From: Vicugna vicugna
Taxonomy: Eukaryota
Reading direction: 5' to 3'
Length of the DNA: 64,000 nucleotides
NCBI GenBank assembly: GCA_013265495.1
Contig: MU058198.1
Coordinates: 2,306,419-2,370,418, forward strand
Every line of letters starts with the position of its first letter. The stretch's first letter is position 1. Made by a program: the position numbers and the translations under genes. The notes below the pieces were generated by a model that saw only the letters and a program-made list of their open reading frames with translations, was not told where the DNA came from and made no database searches. This document shows, piece by piece, positions 1 to 14,100 of the stretch.

Positions 1-565
1 AATGGAAGGAAGGAATATTGAGTGAGTAGAAAGATCAGTGGGAAAATGAAACAATGAAAGGAAAGAGAGAGAGTGTGGTGTGTAGTTCTGGCAGTCCATG
101 GATGGATGACTAAGTGGATGGAGTGAAAGTTAGAGATACAGACGTGACAATTTGATGGAGGATGAAAGAACAAATTGAACAAATTTGATTTTTAAAGTGT
201 CCATGAAGGCTTATCTGGGTTCCCAAACCTAAGAGCCCATTTCCAGTACGTTTTAAGTTCTGTGTCTCTTCTATTACCGAAACCTCCAACCATATCTTGT
301 AATAAAGACTCTGATGTTCAGAAGAGCCTCCTAGAAAGGGAGCAGCTTGCCGTCAGCAGGGTTCATTCAGGGGACCACTCTCTGAGGCTCCAGCCAAGGC
401 ACCGGCCTGCTGGGGTCGGGGCATAATCTGACCCCGGATGAGTTCAGAACCCGCTTCCCTCTCTTGCATCTGATTTGGAGAGCCCAGTGCACAGTTTACA
501 CTTGTACCCCTCCCCTATACATGCTTCTGCTCGCCCACTCGCCTCCTGGCCACCCCTGAGTGCAG

Positions 566-646
566 AAGGCAATGGTACAATTTGAATGGCATGACGGGAC
601 GGTGAAGAACATTCACGTGGACCTGCCCTTCCTATATGAGTACCAG
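566..646 (+). CDS. VWA3A: VWA3A coding exon (KAMVQF...YEYQ)
   Basis: tgcag| ... cag|gtcagt; 81 nt, phase 0-0. Confidence 0.88.
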
Positions 647-3600
647 GTCAGTGGTGGGTCCTGTCTGTCAGAATATGGGGGTGCAGGGGGCAGTGAAGGA
701 AGGCACCGTGGAATGTGGGAGCACCAAGCACTAGTCTGTTTACTCCCTCTTGTAAATAGAAACTGTGCTCCACCTATGGGCCTCTCTGGAGCTTTCGCCA
801 CCTCCCCCCCAGGCAGGGACGAGGATGCCTCAAACAAAAGTCTCTAATCCTCTGGGTCGGGACCCACCTCTCCCCCATTTGAGGCAATGAAATACTTTGA
901 CTGTTCTCTTCCTGGTCTTGCTGCAGATTCATCCATGCTTTAGTGCCTGGATACCTAAGGCCTTGACACAACATTCCCAAAAGCCTAGTGGGGTACGCCC
1001 CCCTCCCCCACAGACCCCTTAATCGGACATCCTCCGTGCAGTCACTCACTGTGGGTGGCCCCTGAGTTTGCAGAAACAGCTCAGCAGAGCTATGCAGATG
1101 TATGAGAGACGGATGGAGTGGCTCTCCTTGGCCAGCAGAAGAATCTGGGGCACCGTCTGCGAAAAAAGGTACCTTCCCCCAAGGAGTGTTCTTGTCCTTC
1201 CTGGGTCTCCTGTATGACACAGCAATTATCTGACTCATGGGTTCCCTGGTGGTAGCATCAGAAGCCATCGTTTAAAGATCAGCAATCACTTAGCAGAACC
1301 CCTGGAGGACAAAATCCCACCATCGTCCTCAACATCAACAGTAAAATCACTGTGTCACTCAGGACCCTTCCTGTTAAAAAAGTAACAGAAACTAAATGCA
1401 AATTGATCTGAACAAAACAGAGAAGTCCAGTTAAAGTAACTGAAAATTCTAGAGTAGATTTGATCACGGAATTCAGGCATGGCTTGATCCAGAAGTGCAT
1501 GCATGTCAGGAATCTCTCTCTATCCTTCAGCTCTGTTTTCCTCTCTGTTGACTTTGTTTTCAGGCAGGATTTCTCCTCCCCTTCAGGTGGCAAGATGGCC
1601 ACCTGAAGCTCCCAGTTTAACGCCCTCCCAGGGCTTGGAGCATGGCATCACCCACAAGCTATTCATCCTTGCCAGGAAAGAGTGATGTTCTGATTGCCTG
1701 GAATCAAATGTCCACTCTCAAAGCTTGGGTAGGGTCAGCTCCACCAACTCAAATGGACTGTTAGAGATAGAGGTGTTTGTCCCCCACAAAAATCAAGAGA
1801 CTGCTGTGAGAAGAGGTAATCGATGCTAAGTAGGGAGGAAAAAATAGGTATCCACTGTAGTCATTATTATCACTCCATACCTTATTTGATGCATTACCAC
1901 TCACTAAATATTATACTTTGTAATACTATTCATCTATTGTATCATTTAATTCTCAAAGCAACCCCATGAGGAGTCTTATTATAGTTTATAGTTAAATATG
2001 CCAAGGATCAGAGAGGTTTCGTAACTTGCCTAAGGCCACACAGGAAGTGGGACTTGAACCAAGGTTTTCTGACTCTGTATCCAGTGGATTTCTTTTGCTC
2101 TCCATAGCTGTCTCAAAATGAGAATGGTGGGAGGAGATGGGAATATAAGATTTGAGGTAGTAAGGGAGAAGGCTGAATGGTGCTAGAGATCATAAAACAG
2201 AGAGAGGAAATAAAAAGACACATTGCCCTAGAGGCCCAGTGACACCTAATTCCCCATCTGACTTGCTTAGCTTCCTTCTGTTTGCCCTTCACAGACCCCA
2301 ACCTATGATAATACTGAATGCTAGTGATTTAAAAAGAAATGTATGAAAACCATTCTACGCCACCCTGCCCTTAAACCTCCTCTACTGTGAGGCTTTATTG
2401 ACAGATACTCCTGGAGAGAAGGTTCCATGACTCCCTCAGGCTACTGTTGTAAAACCCACCTGTGCTGACCTCAAACCACGGAGACGATTTTGGCCAGTGG
2501 CAAATCTGGCAGGCAAAGCTCCCCTGGAAAAAACTTTAAATAGTAAAATGGAACGAAATACACATTATCTGAGAGATTCGGTTCTCCTCTTAAAGCTTGT
2601 GTTTCTTTTCAGGGTGGTTATACTGCTCGATATCTCCGTGACCAATTCCATGTACATTATTCATATCCAGCACTCCCTGCGGCTTCTGCTGGAGGAGCAA
2701 CTGGCCAACAAGGACTGCTTCAACATCGTGGCGTACGTGGGCTCCTGCCTCCCGGCAGCGGGGAGGGCGTGCTGCTCGGGTGCCTCGCCGGGCCGAGGCC
2801 TCTGGCAGGACAGCAGATGCGCACCCAGCATCCTGGGGTGGCCGTCAGTTTATCTGATTTGAGTGATCTTGTTTGGGGCACTGAATAATTAAATAGTTGC
2901 AGGACAGTCCCACTGGGGCGAAGGTGGTGAGAGGCCCCAGTACACCACTGCTTGATCAGCCAGGATAGGGTAACTCAGCCCATTGCCCCATTTGGCTTCC
3001 AAGATGATAAAACACAGACGAGAGAAAAAGGGCCCCCAGGCTTAGTCCCAGCTCAGTTCTAGCAACCACAAGGTTTCAAACATTTAGAATTCCAGTTGTA
3101 AATCTTAATGATATGTTTAGCTATATACAATTAAATCATATAGTGATATATAAAACTGTATGATTTATATATAAAACTAAATATGTTTAAATTATATACA
3201 ATCATATATAATATCAATTAAAATTGTACATAACTATATATAATATAAATTATATTTTTATATATAACATTAATTTTAAATATAAATAAACTTAAATTTT
3301 GATTTAAAATATAAATACTTAATATATAAATTATATATTTATACATAAATTATATGTTACTATATTCAAATTATATATAACTATCTAATACTATGTATAT
3401 CTAAATTATAGTTTTATATACAGTTATGTATAATTTTAATCTATAATTATATATAATTTAAATATATGTATAATTATATATATATTTTAGGTTACGTATC
3501 ATTTTAACTAATTAGAGGAGAGAGAAGAGGAACCCACTTAAAGTATGTATTTTAACGCAACTTCACATCAAATAGAGAGTGTTCAAAACCTAGAAATCAG

Positions 3601-6600
3601 CAGTTAATATTATATGTTAAACCGTATCAGAGCCTAATCTTTCCCTGATAAATTTTACAGAAAAAAATGCTTAGAGAAACATTTTGGACAATATTTTCAT
3701 CCAGTCAGCCAGCCATTCATTCAACAGAGGCTTATTGAAAGCCTGCCATGGACCAGTTGCTATGCTAGTCATTATGGATACAGAAATGAAAACACACAGT
3801 ATCTGTCCTCAAGGACTTTGTGGCCTAGTAGTGGGAGACAGGCATGTTCAGGTACAAGTGCTGTTAAGTGTTTTCTGAAGAAATAAGTAGAAGGCAGGAT
3901 ACGAGACTGTGAGGGGCCAAAGGCAGGCTCAGTCCATTGTGTGTGGGTAGAGGAAACCCTGGCAGAGGAAGTGACCCTTTAGCTGAGGCCTAACAGATGA
4001 GTAGGTGTTTGCTGGGCACATAGGAGTGACAGGGGAAGTGGGGAGAAAGGGCATTCCAGGCGCAGGGAACAGCATGAGCAGAGGCACAGTGGGGTGGAGG
4101 ACCATGAGTGTGAATAGTTCAGTGTGAATGTGGAGTGAGAGGGGGAGATTGTGTAGGACAAGACAAAAGAGGATTTATATAGGCCACGTTTGGGAGTTTC
4201 TATACTGTAGACATATAGGCATTCAAGGATTTTATGCAAGGTTATAATCTTGAAACACTCAAACTACAAGGTGAAGGATGAACTGGAGGGAAGGAGACCA
4301 GCTAGACGACTGCAATACTCTTGTCCTCTGTAGAGTGGGCTTGAGCCAAAGCAATGGGAATGAAAGAAAGGGATGCTGCAGGAGATGTTAGGGAGTTAGA
4401 GTCTGCAGAATGTGGTCCCTGTTTGTCGGGGTTGAGGGAATGGTAAGGAGAAGATGTACCAGGTAGAGCAGATCTTGGAAGTAGAAGATGGTTTTATTTG
4501 GGGGGGGGTGTAATTAGGTTGGTTTTTTTTAAACAGAGGTACTGGGGATTGAACTCAGGACCTCATGCATGTTAAGCATGTGCTCTACCAATTGAGCTAT
4601 ACCCTCCCTCTGGTTTTAAACATATAGAGTTGGAGATTCTCAAGAGTTTGGAGATTCTCCTGTTAGGAGCTCTGACAAGGAAATACGGGTTTGCAAGCCA
4701 TCCGCATTTTGGTTGCCTGGTTGAAGACATGGGAGTGCCTGAGCTGCACCTGTGGTGACAACTGAGGCCAGAACTTGGGAGGAACTGTCGTTTGGAAGGT
4801 GGGCACAGGAAGGGAACCACCAAAGAAACAAGAGAGGAGCAGCCAGAGAGGCAGGCGGAAAACCAGGAGAGAAAGGGGTTTTCCTTTCCCAAGGGAAGAA
4901 GGGTCTTAGAAACGTGCCCTGGGCTGAGGAGTAAGTAGAAGAGGAGGTGGTAACCATTTCTCCTGGGAGCTTGTCTAGAAAGGGGAAAGAGGGAAGAGAG
5001 AAGTAGTGGACCCTGGTAGACGGAGGAAGTTATATTTAAGAGAGGAGATGGGGCAGAGGGAGGTAGAAGTCAGGAATGTGTGGGTGGGAGGTGACTCTGG
5101 GGCACGGTCTCAGAAGAGATCAGCTATGGGTCAGTCAGGAGCCCAGGTGGAAGAACTGCTCGTGAACCAGAGAGGGGACACCTTTTCCTTGAGAAAGGGG
5201 ATAAATCCTCTTCTCAAAGATTTACATTCTCTATCAAGGGAAAATGAACTAATGCACATTAAAAAAAAAAAAACAATGTTTGGTACAGATGGAGAGTGGA
5301 AAATGTGTTGTGAGGATGAATCAGTACCAGGGGAGCTAAAAGGCAGAAATGACTCCTCCTTGGGAGCTGGGGACACTCAGGCAGAAAAGGGAGATAACCC
5401 GTTGGGAGGGAAGTCTGGCCAGAGCTGATCCCGGCTCCTGGCGCCGTGTCTCTGCTGAGAGTCCCAGCTCTGCTTGCTGGGAAGCGTCGTGACCAGCAAG
5501 GAAATCTCATGGCTGGCCCAGGCCAGTGACAGCCTAACATTTTGGGAGTGTAATTAGAATTTTGTCCCCCAAAAGTCTGGGGAGCCCAAAGAGCTGGGGC
5601 ACACCGTGGACCTACGTCCTGCCTAAGAACAAGCCCTCTTTCCTTCCGTCCAAGGTTTGGAAGCACAGTTGAAAGTTGGAGGCCAGAGATGGTTGCCGCC
5701 AGCCATGACAACTTACAGAGCGCCTGGAGGTAGGTGACCTGCTGTGTCTGTGGGCAGCCCTTTCCTCTGGCTCCCTCTGCCCCAGGAAGTAGCTCTCTAG
5801 AATCTTCACCCTCCAATAGACACGGGCAAATAGGGAAACAACAGCCTTCCAGTCCCTGCCCTTCCCGTCTGGGGCCTCGCAGCTGGCCTCCCTCAGCCGG
5901 CCTCCCTCAGCCTGGCCTCCCTGCCTCCCAGGTGGGTCCTGACCCTGCAGTGTCGGGGCAGCAGGAACGTCCTCGGCGCCCTGCGGAAGGCTGTGGAAGT
6001 GGACCTCAAGGACAAAGACAAACAGCAATCGCAAGGCATCTACCTCTTCACAGGGGGCATCCCTGACCAGGACACGGTGGGTAGGCCACGTCCTGGACAT
6101 CCCTTACCCTTTGTGACCCCTCAGCTCCTCCTAGGTGGACACCTAGCCTCTCGTTCCTCCAGCATGATTTTCCAGTCTAGACTTGATCGTGCTGAAGAAT
6201 CACCTGGAAATGTCACAATTCAGATGTTGTTCGACCTGGTTCTGAAGGTTGAGCCTGGGGCCTGAGGGTCAGAGTTTCCAACAAGCGTCCAGGGGGATGA
6301 TGAGACTGCTGGTCTACTGACCACGCTCTCAGGCCCAGCTCCCCGGCCACGCCCTATTATATTAGTAAGAGAAGTTGTGACCCAGGCCCTTTCACCTTTC
6401 TATCCTCAGTGCCGGGTACTAGACCAGGCACACAGTAGGGCCTCAAGAAAGAAAGTGAGGCTGAACCCATCTGAGACCAGCAGCTTCAAGAGCCCCCAGC
6501 TCTGGGCCCTTCTTCCCTCTCTCCCTGCAGCCCGTACTCAGCGCCTACATGGCCGAGGCCTGCGGGGGCTGCGACTTCCAGCTGAACGTGTGTCTCTTCT

Positions 6601-9600
6601 ACGTGGACGAGTCACAGATGGACAACACGCCCCCCGCCTGCTATGCCAGCTGCACTGACACGGCCGCCGCCTACCGGGAGGTCGCCCGGGCTGCTGGTGG
6701 CCGCTTCCACTGGTTTGGAGACACAGGTGCGTGAGTGCCGGCTGGTCCCTCGGCCTCTTTCCTTCCAGACAGTTCTTGGTACCAACGTAGCTCCCTCTGC
6801 CATAGATGTATTCCAGGAAAACGGGGTGTGAAAAATCACATTTGAAAATGGGAAAGTACTGTTCTGGGGTTGGATGGTGGTGATGGCTGCACAGCCATGT
6901 AAATGCACTTAATGCTGCTGAACTGTACACTGTTTAAAAATGGTTAAAATAGTAGATTTTATGTTGTCTATATCTTGCCACAACTGTTTTAAAGTGAAAA
7001 AGAAAAAAAAGCAAAGCTACTTAAAATTAGTTTAGAATGTCAGGGCTGGAAAGGTCACTAAAGTTCCCTTAGTTTAGCATTTCCCAAGAGGTGACACATT
7101 CACAGCAGGTGGTTGGCAAGATAAGTGTACGTGGAACACAAAGCAACATTTTTTTTTGACTGTCATCAGACTATGCTACTCCAAAATATGCCACTTGGGC
7201 ATAAGCATTATTTTGAGCTGAAAACAATTAAGAAATAGAAGATGTTAAAACAAACAAACAAACAAACAAAACTTCTCTGCTCCCCCCCCCACCTTAAACG
7301 GTCACCTCCACACGGCCTGTGTGTTTACAGATACGAATGCTGGCCAGGATCCGCACCCCTTCCCCACGCTCATGACGCACTTTGTTTGCAGGTATCTACG
7401 AAAGTGATGACATCAGTGCCATCGTGTCTGAGATGGAAAAGGCTCTCAGCTACTCCCAGAAGGTATGCCTTACGTGCAAGGGAAATGACTAGCTTCTATA
7501 CCAGGGTCCTGGGCTGTCATATAAAGTGCCACAAACGGGGTGGCTTGAAGAAACAGATATTTATCGTCTCAAAGTCCCAGAGGCCAGTAGTCTGAAGTCA
7601 AAAGGGCCACGTTCCCCGCTGAAGGCTCTGGGTGGAACCTCTCCTTACGTCTCCCTCGCTTCTGGTGGTGGCTGGTATTAAGGAAGTGAAATGGCACCGA
7701 ATGCTTGCTAAAAATAGCAAGGAAGACATTATTCAAGACGGCTGCAGTAGGGGAGAGAGATTGAACTCAGCTCCAATTATGCAGCAACAATAGCTGGGGA
7801 TTCGTAGCCAAGCAGCAGAGTGACAGGGTCAGTGCATGGGAGACTTCTAAGAGGAACTTGGTTAGGGGGAGATTCTTGTCAAACAGGCTTCACAGGATTC
7901 TTTGCTGGAACTGGGTTCAGCAGGCCAAAGTCAGAGCCCAGTGAAGAAGAGGGCTCAGAGGACCGTGACTAAAGTTTGGTCAAGGAGAGACTCCCTGTCA
8001 CCAGTAATCCTCGGCATTCCTTGCCTTCTAATCTCTGCCTCTATCTTCACGTGGCCCTCCTCCCTCTGTATGTGTGTCTGTGTCTCTTCTCCAATTATAA
8101 GGACACCTGTCATATTGGATTAAGGGCCCAAACTTCCAGGATGACCTCATTAACTTGCATCGTAATTACATCTGCAAAGGCCCTATTTCCAAGTCAGGTC
8201 ACATTCACAATTACCAGGGGTTTGGACTTCAATACATTTTTTGGGCGACCCAAGGCATCCCACATCAGCTTCCCTCCTTGTGTACTCATCCACTGACACC
8301 TGAGGCTTCTGATGAATCATGAGAGTTTCCAGTAAGTCATTGATTTCAGGTCCGTGTGCTCTACATCCTGGCCTGTACATCCTTGAACACGTCAAGCTCA
8401 TTCCTAAACTCAGGGCCTTTGCACCTGCTATTTCCTCTGCCTGCCATTCCCCTCCCAGGTCTTCCATGGATGGTTCCTTATTATTCAAAGTTCACTAAAC
8501 TGTCAGTTCCTCAGAGAATGGAATTGAACATTTCAAGGTGAGGTGAGAGAGGGACCGGATCATGTCAGGAGCAATGAGAAATAAGGGAAGAAATGTGAGA
8601 ACGTGTCTCTAAGGAAGAATTGATCAGACTTGTGGCTGATTGAATGTATGGGGTGGGGAAGAAGAAATCCCACAGTGACTCCCAAGTTCCTTGCTGGGGA
8701 ACCCAATAGACAGTGGTGCCGTTGATCAAGAGAGAAATAACAGAAGAGGGTACAGGGAGGGAGAGTCTAGAACAAAGGTGGGAGAGTCTAGAACAAAGGT
8801 GAGTTTGGGGGGGCCTGTGAGATAAGTGGGGGTCTCCTTCAGGCAGGTGGGAAAAGATGAGGGCTGGACATAGAGGTGTGGGGCCGTTGAAGCCATGGGG
8901 ATGGACAGAGTACATGGGTGGCCATGGTCAAGGTGGGGAGACTCATACTGACTCACATGTCTGTTACCACCATTGTCAGGACTGCCCAGCTCCCCAAGGA
9001 CATTGCGAGCTCCTGGGAGGGCAGGGCCACAGATTGGCAGACCTGTGACTCCCCTAGATGAATCTTAGCAGTCCTCCCAGAAAGGGCCCCCTTTGGCTCT
9101 TTTTTAAACCGCTTCTCAAGTACACATCACTCCTGTCCCCTCATTCACAAGGTGTAGTGGGCAATAATGGTTTAACCTACCCCTCTTAGGATGTTATTTA
9201 CATGCAAGTGGCATGTTCTAGTGCTTTGAGAGTAATTACTGCAGAACCTTTCAAGCATTTGAGAAATGTGCAGGCAAAGGAGCCAAGTGTTACACCACTG
9301 ATCTGCCAGCATCCGAGTTGGCCATGGGCACATGATAAGCTGACCGGCGTGTGTGGATGCTGCGTCCACATATGGAAAGGGCACTGGCTTGGGAACCAGA
9401 CCCACCTGGGATTGAATTGAAGATCCTCTACATACTTGTAGTGTGGCCTTAGGCAAGTCCTTTAAGTTCATAAGCTTTGGTTTCCTCGCCTTTAAAAGGG
9501 GGATATAATAGCACTGCCCCTGCGAATGTAGTTCTCTGTCTTGTTGGCAGAAGAGTTTGAGAGCTCCAGGCGCTAAGTAGCCCAGTGCCTGGCGCAATCC

Positions 9601-9709
9601 AGGCCCTCCGTACATGGCACTTCCTGTTAGGCTTGATCTGGAGTGCTCTCAGCCCCAGGCAGCACTCCAGTGACAGAAAGAGAGTCCAGGGGCCCCAGTG
9701 GACCCCTGC

Positions 9710-9748
<39 letters not shown>

Positions 9749-11146
9749 ACGAGCACACTCGTGCCCTGCATGGGGCACGCTGGCTGGAGTGCTACTGACA
9801 CTCCCAATCCCCACTGCAGTGCGCCTTGCTTGTGTCCTCCCTGAAGAACCAGTCTGGAAAAGAACAGGAAAATGCAGCCCTCCTGAGAGAAAAGCCAAAG
9901 ATGCTCAAGCCAAGAAGCCAGCCCAGGAAGCTCTGTCCCTCCAAACCCACAGCACCCTCGGTGGCCAGAATGGTTTGACTTTCCTCCCTAATAACACGTA
10001 GAGGATTTTGTTTCCACCTTGTCTCCTGGTCTTTCCTAGATCTTGAAGTGGCCTGGGCCAGGCCCCCAGACCTCAGGGCCAGCAGGGGGTGGGGTCTTCA
10101 GTGGGCAGGGTCCTGGCCTCCAGGGGAAGGAGACCCCTGGTGGAGGGGGGCGTGCTTCTGACTCAGCTCTGGGGCACTCTGGCCACCCCCTCCACCCCAC
10201 CTTTGGCTCTGCCTGGCTGTCCCAGCTTTGTGGTAAGGGCTCCGTGGAATGGGCACCCACTCTGCTATGATGGTTGTAAGGCAGGAGGGCTCCTCATCCT
10301 GGAGGGTCTTTCGGGAGCAAAGGAACTGGGGCGTTAGGGTGCATCTAACAGGCTCTTGCTGCTGCTGCTCGGGGCTTACAGGGGTCTGACAGGAACCTGA
10401 GGGTGGACCGGTGCCTGCTGGGGGCTCTGTCCTGCATAAAGTACCCACCTTAGCAACCAGAAGGGCCCCGTCCTGGAGGTGTGCCTGCAGAAAGGGCCCA
10501 GACTCCATGGTGCTTGTGAGCAGAGTGGGCCATGCTGTGAGCTCTTCAGCCTTTCACCAACCGGCAGACCTGTGTGAACACAGCACATTTTCAGAATGAA
10601 GGAATCTCCCCAGACAGTGTGTATCTTACTCCCGGCCCGGGGCCTGCACTTGGGGAGACTCTGTCCACACAGGCACTGCCCTCGTTCACAGAGCTCCACC
10701 AGGCTCTGGGAACCAGCCCAGGGACGTTGTGCTCTGAGGTGAAACCCAGAATCTTGGGCTCTGCTTCCTGGGCCTTCAGTGGTTCCTGAGCTGATTCAGT
10801 AAGAGGAGGCTCAGGCTGAGCCAGGGCCTCTAAAGGGCCTCCTGAAAACCGGGGCCGGGGGCTCCCTGAGGGGGCAGCGTCTTTCACAGCTGCTCACCCA
10901 CAGGTCCCCTCAGCTGGTCCAGGCCCTGGGCGACTTTACCAATCACCACGTTCCAGTTGTGCCCAGAAATGAAGGAACCCCTCCCTTAACACTGAGGTGC
11001 CCAGTAGGGCACAGAAGTTACCAGAATGGTTGCTTGTCATGCTGGAGGCCCAGAAACCCCAGTCCAGTAGGAAGAGGGGCAGGTAACTGGTGACGAAAAT
11101 TCTGGCAAATCGCCACAGTTGTCCTAGCTGGCCCTCTCTCTCTCAC

Positions 11147-11187
<41 letters not shown>

Positions 11188-14100
11188 TCACCTCTAAACC
11201 GAGAGTCCCCTCTGAATCCACTACAGGCGTTGGGGCAAATGTTTGAGGTCTGCTTCCTCAGGCCTCTGCATGCAAAGATTCCCACCTGACAGACTGAGGC
11301 TGGGGTGGCTGGGGTACTGCCCGCCACAGAGAACAGGCCTCTGATGGGAGAGACTGCCTGTTTTCTAGAGCATGAAAGATGACCCTGACCGACAGAAGAG
11401 TGCCCCTGTGAAAGCTCTGATGTGGCGTCCACTCAGTGGCAAAGCGGGCATCCCCCCAGGTAAGGCGTGGCCACTGGGGGAGGAGGGGTGGACACGCATG
11501 GCTGAGACGTGGATTAATAATCACAGTAACTGAAGTGATCACTGATCATGAGCATTGACGGTGCGCCAGCCCTTCTGCTAAGATCGTCCCATTTAAAGCT
11601 TAGAACAGTCAATCCTGTATGGCAGGGAATCTATTACCTCCCCCGTTTTACTGATGAAGACATTCAGGCTCAGAGGGGCTAAGGAGGTGTCCGGTGCCTG
11701 CCAGTCATGACAGGGCACTGGTGTTTTCATGAAAGCACTCAGCTCTTAGGACCTAGGACCATATATCTTACTTCTAATGTCAAAGACCCAGCAGGGTGGC
11801 TCACAACACTGTTATGAAGTCAGCGAGACCTGGGTGGAATCCTTGCTCTGCTTCTTACTTAGCTCATGTGTAAACAGGGGGACTGTGAGGCTAGAACAAG
11901 ACAGCCCACTGGAAGCACTTGTCACCCAGCCTGGTCAATATCAGCAGCATAACTGACCCAGGTGAGGCCAGGTGCCCCAGGTAGCCCCCAGGGACCTCAG
12001 AGCCTCCTGGGAGCCCCCTTTCCAGGGCAGAGCAGAGCTGAAGCTGACAAGTCTCCAAGCCAAGCTGCACAACTTCATCACATAAACCCAGAAGCTGCTC
12101 CAGCCAACAAGCCAAATGTCCTCTAGCTGCAGCCCAGCCGGTGAAAGAAGGGACAGCAGGGCGGAGGAGGAAGACCACAGCGAGGGACGCAGAGGCATCT
12201 CTCTCGCTGTTTTATACCGAGACAGGGAATAACGTGGGTAAGTCAGAGGCTGCACCAGTGTCTGGATGGCCCCCTTTGCCCTACGGGACCCGTGGGGTCA
12301 TTACCCCATGGGAAGGAGACCTCTCCAGCTGCCCCAGGATACGGGCGGCAGTGCCTCCGGAGCAGGCCTTTCCTCAAACCACTCAGGTCTCCCTGTCCGG
12401 GAAAGTGAGCTTGCCAAGTCTTGACACAGGCAAGAAGATGGGAAGAGTCAATGTCGGAGGTCTCCCGGTCCCACTCCATCCACGTCCACGGAGGGGAAGT
12501 GTCCTCAGCGCTGAGGCTGAATGGGAAGGAAGTGGAGATGAGTCCCCCAGGCCAGCCTGAATGATTGCTGCAAAATGACACAGGTCCCAGTGGCAACTCA
12601 TTGATGTGTGGAGAAGGGAGGTCCCAGCACACTTCCCCAGATCCACCCAACAGCCTCCCTCCTACCTCCCAGCAGACTGCACCTAAGGAAGGTTACAACT
12701 GACTTGATTGACAGAGAAATTAATGTGAAAAAGGGAGGCGTGGCTAAGAGAATTGTGCAAGGTAACCCTACTCTGTTTCTCCCAGGATCCGTGTACAGGA
12801 AGTATCCTCAAGGAAGGGGCTTAAGAAGAACTAGCTCTTCTATCGAGTTGCCCAGAAAGGACACAATCTGCTCAAGCCAAGAGGTATTATTATTACTCTG
12901 TCTGCACGGCACATGCCCCCCTGGGTAGTAATTGCTTCCACAAACCATTATTTCTAGGAGGGTAGATGTACTTGGAACTAAGGACATACCTGTTTAGGAT
13001 GACTATTTAAAGTGTCCGATGGAATAAGGATAAAATAGAACTGCATGGGAACCTGGGTCTGCCACTGCCTAGCTGGGCGACCGTGGGCAAGTCACTCAGT
13101 CTCAGTGTCTTCGTTTATAAAATGACAACAATTGTACTAGTAGGACTGCTGATTACTTGAAGTATATTTGTGTAAAGTACTTAGTGATGTCAGATCCTCT
13201 TGGATGCAAGCAGCAGAAGTCCCCTTTCCTTGTGTGCAGATCCAGAAGACAGAACATCTTTTCTTCCCACAACCAGTTGATAAAAGTCTGAGCTTGGTTC
13301 TGATTGGTCCAACCCTGGATGCTATGCTCTGATTGCCTTATACCTGCCCATTCTTGTATCTCTCATTGTCACGAGGAGACTATCCTAATTGGTTTAGAGT
13401 CTGAACTTTAGACCAATCAGAGTTTCCATTCAAATTTCATGGGAGAGGGTTGAAATGGATATTGGGGGAGCAACAATGTCCACCAGACTAGAGAGTAGTA
13501 AGTGCTTAATAAATTGTGTTCCCTGCTCCCCAGATTTCTTGTGCATCTCTCCCCAGCACTGGGGATGGACTCTGCATGCGATGGAGGCTCCCTGAGGACC
13601 TGGGAACCCCATATTTCGAATATTAAGCAGATTTCAAACATGACATTTTAATAGATGAGTCAATCATTCAATTAAGCCTGAGTTACCCAAGATAATAGTT
13701 CTTTCTTTTTTCCAAAGTGGATAGCAAATTACGGGCTGAAAAAACTGAAGATGGAGATCTCCAGATACCTTGGTCCCAACTGCACTCATCAAAAGTCCGT
13801 ACAGAGATCGGCATCAGCCAAGCACTGCAGCGTCTTCCCCAGCATGGAGATCAATGTAAGTCAAGATTTTTGTTGTCCCTGCTGTTTCTTCTCTCCCAGC
13901 TCCTTGGAGCCTCTTCTCAGGCATAAATGACCCAGGGTGTTGGGGAGAACTCCACCCCTGGCTTCTATTCTTGCTTCTAAGAACCCACCCCCTAGAGGGG
14001 GACTTGCCCTCAGGGAATAGGAGATGCAGAATCCTGTTGGAAGAAAAGTCAGCCCCTCAGAGTGCCTGAGTCCACACTCAGGGTCAGGGAGGCTCATTGG

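Noticed and set aside
3100..3510. AT-rich tract as a foreign insertion or functional origin
   Set aside because: Degenerate (TA)n low-complexity sequence, with no termini, TSD or coding potential that I could identify.
8760..8801. Exact 21-bp tandem duplication ggagagtctagaacaaaggtg
   Set aside because: Simple local duplication in old repeat-like intronic DNA, with no further structure.
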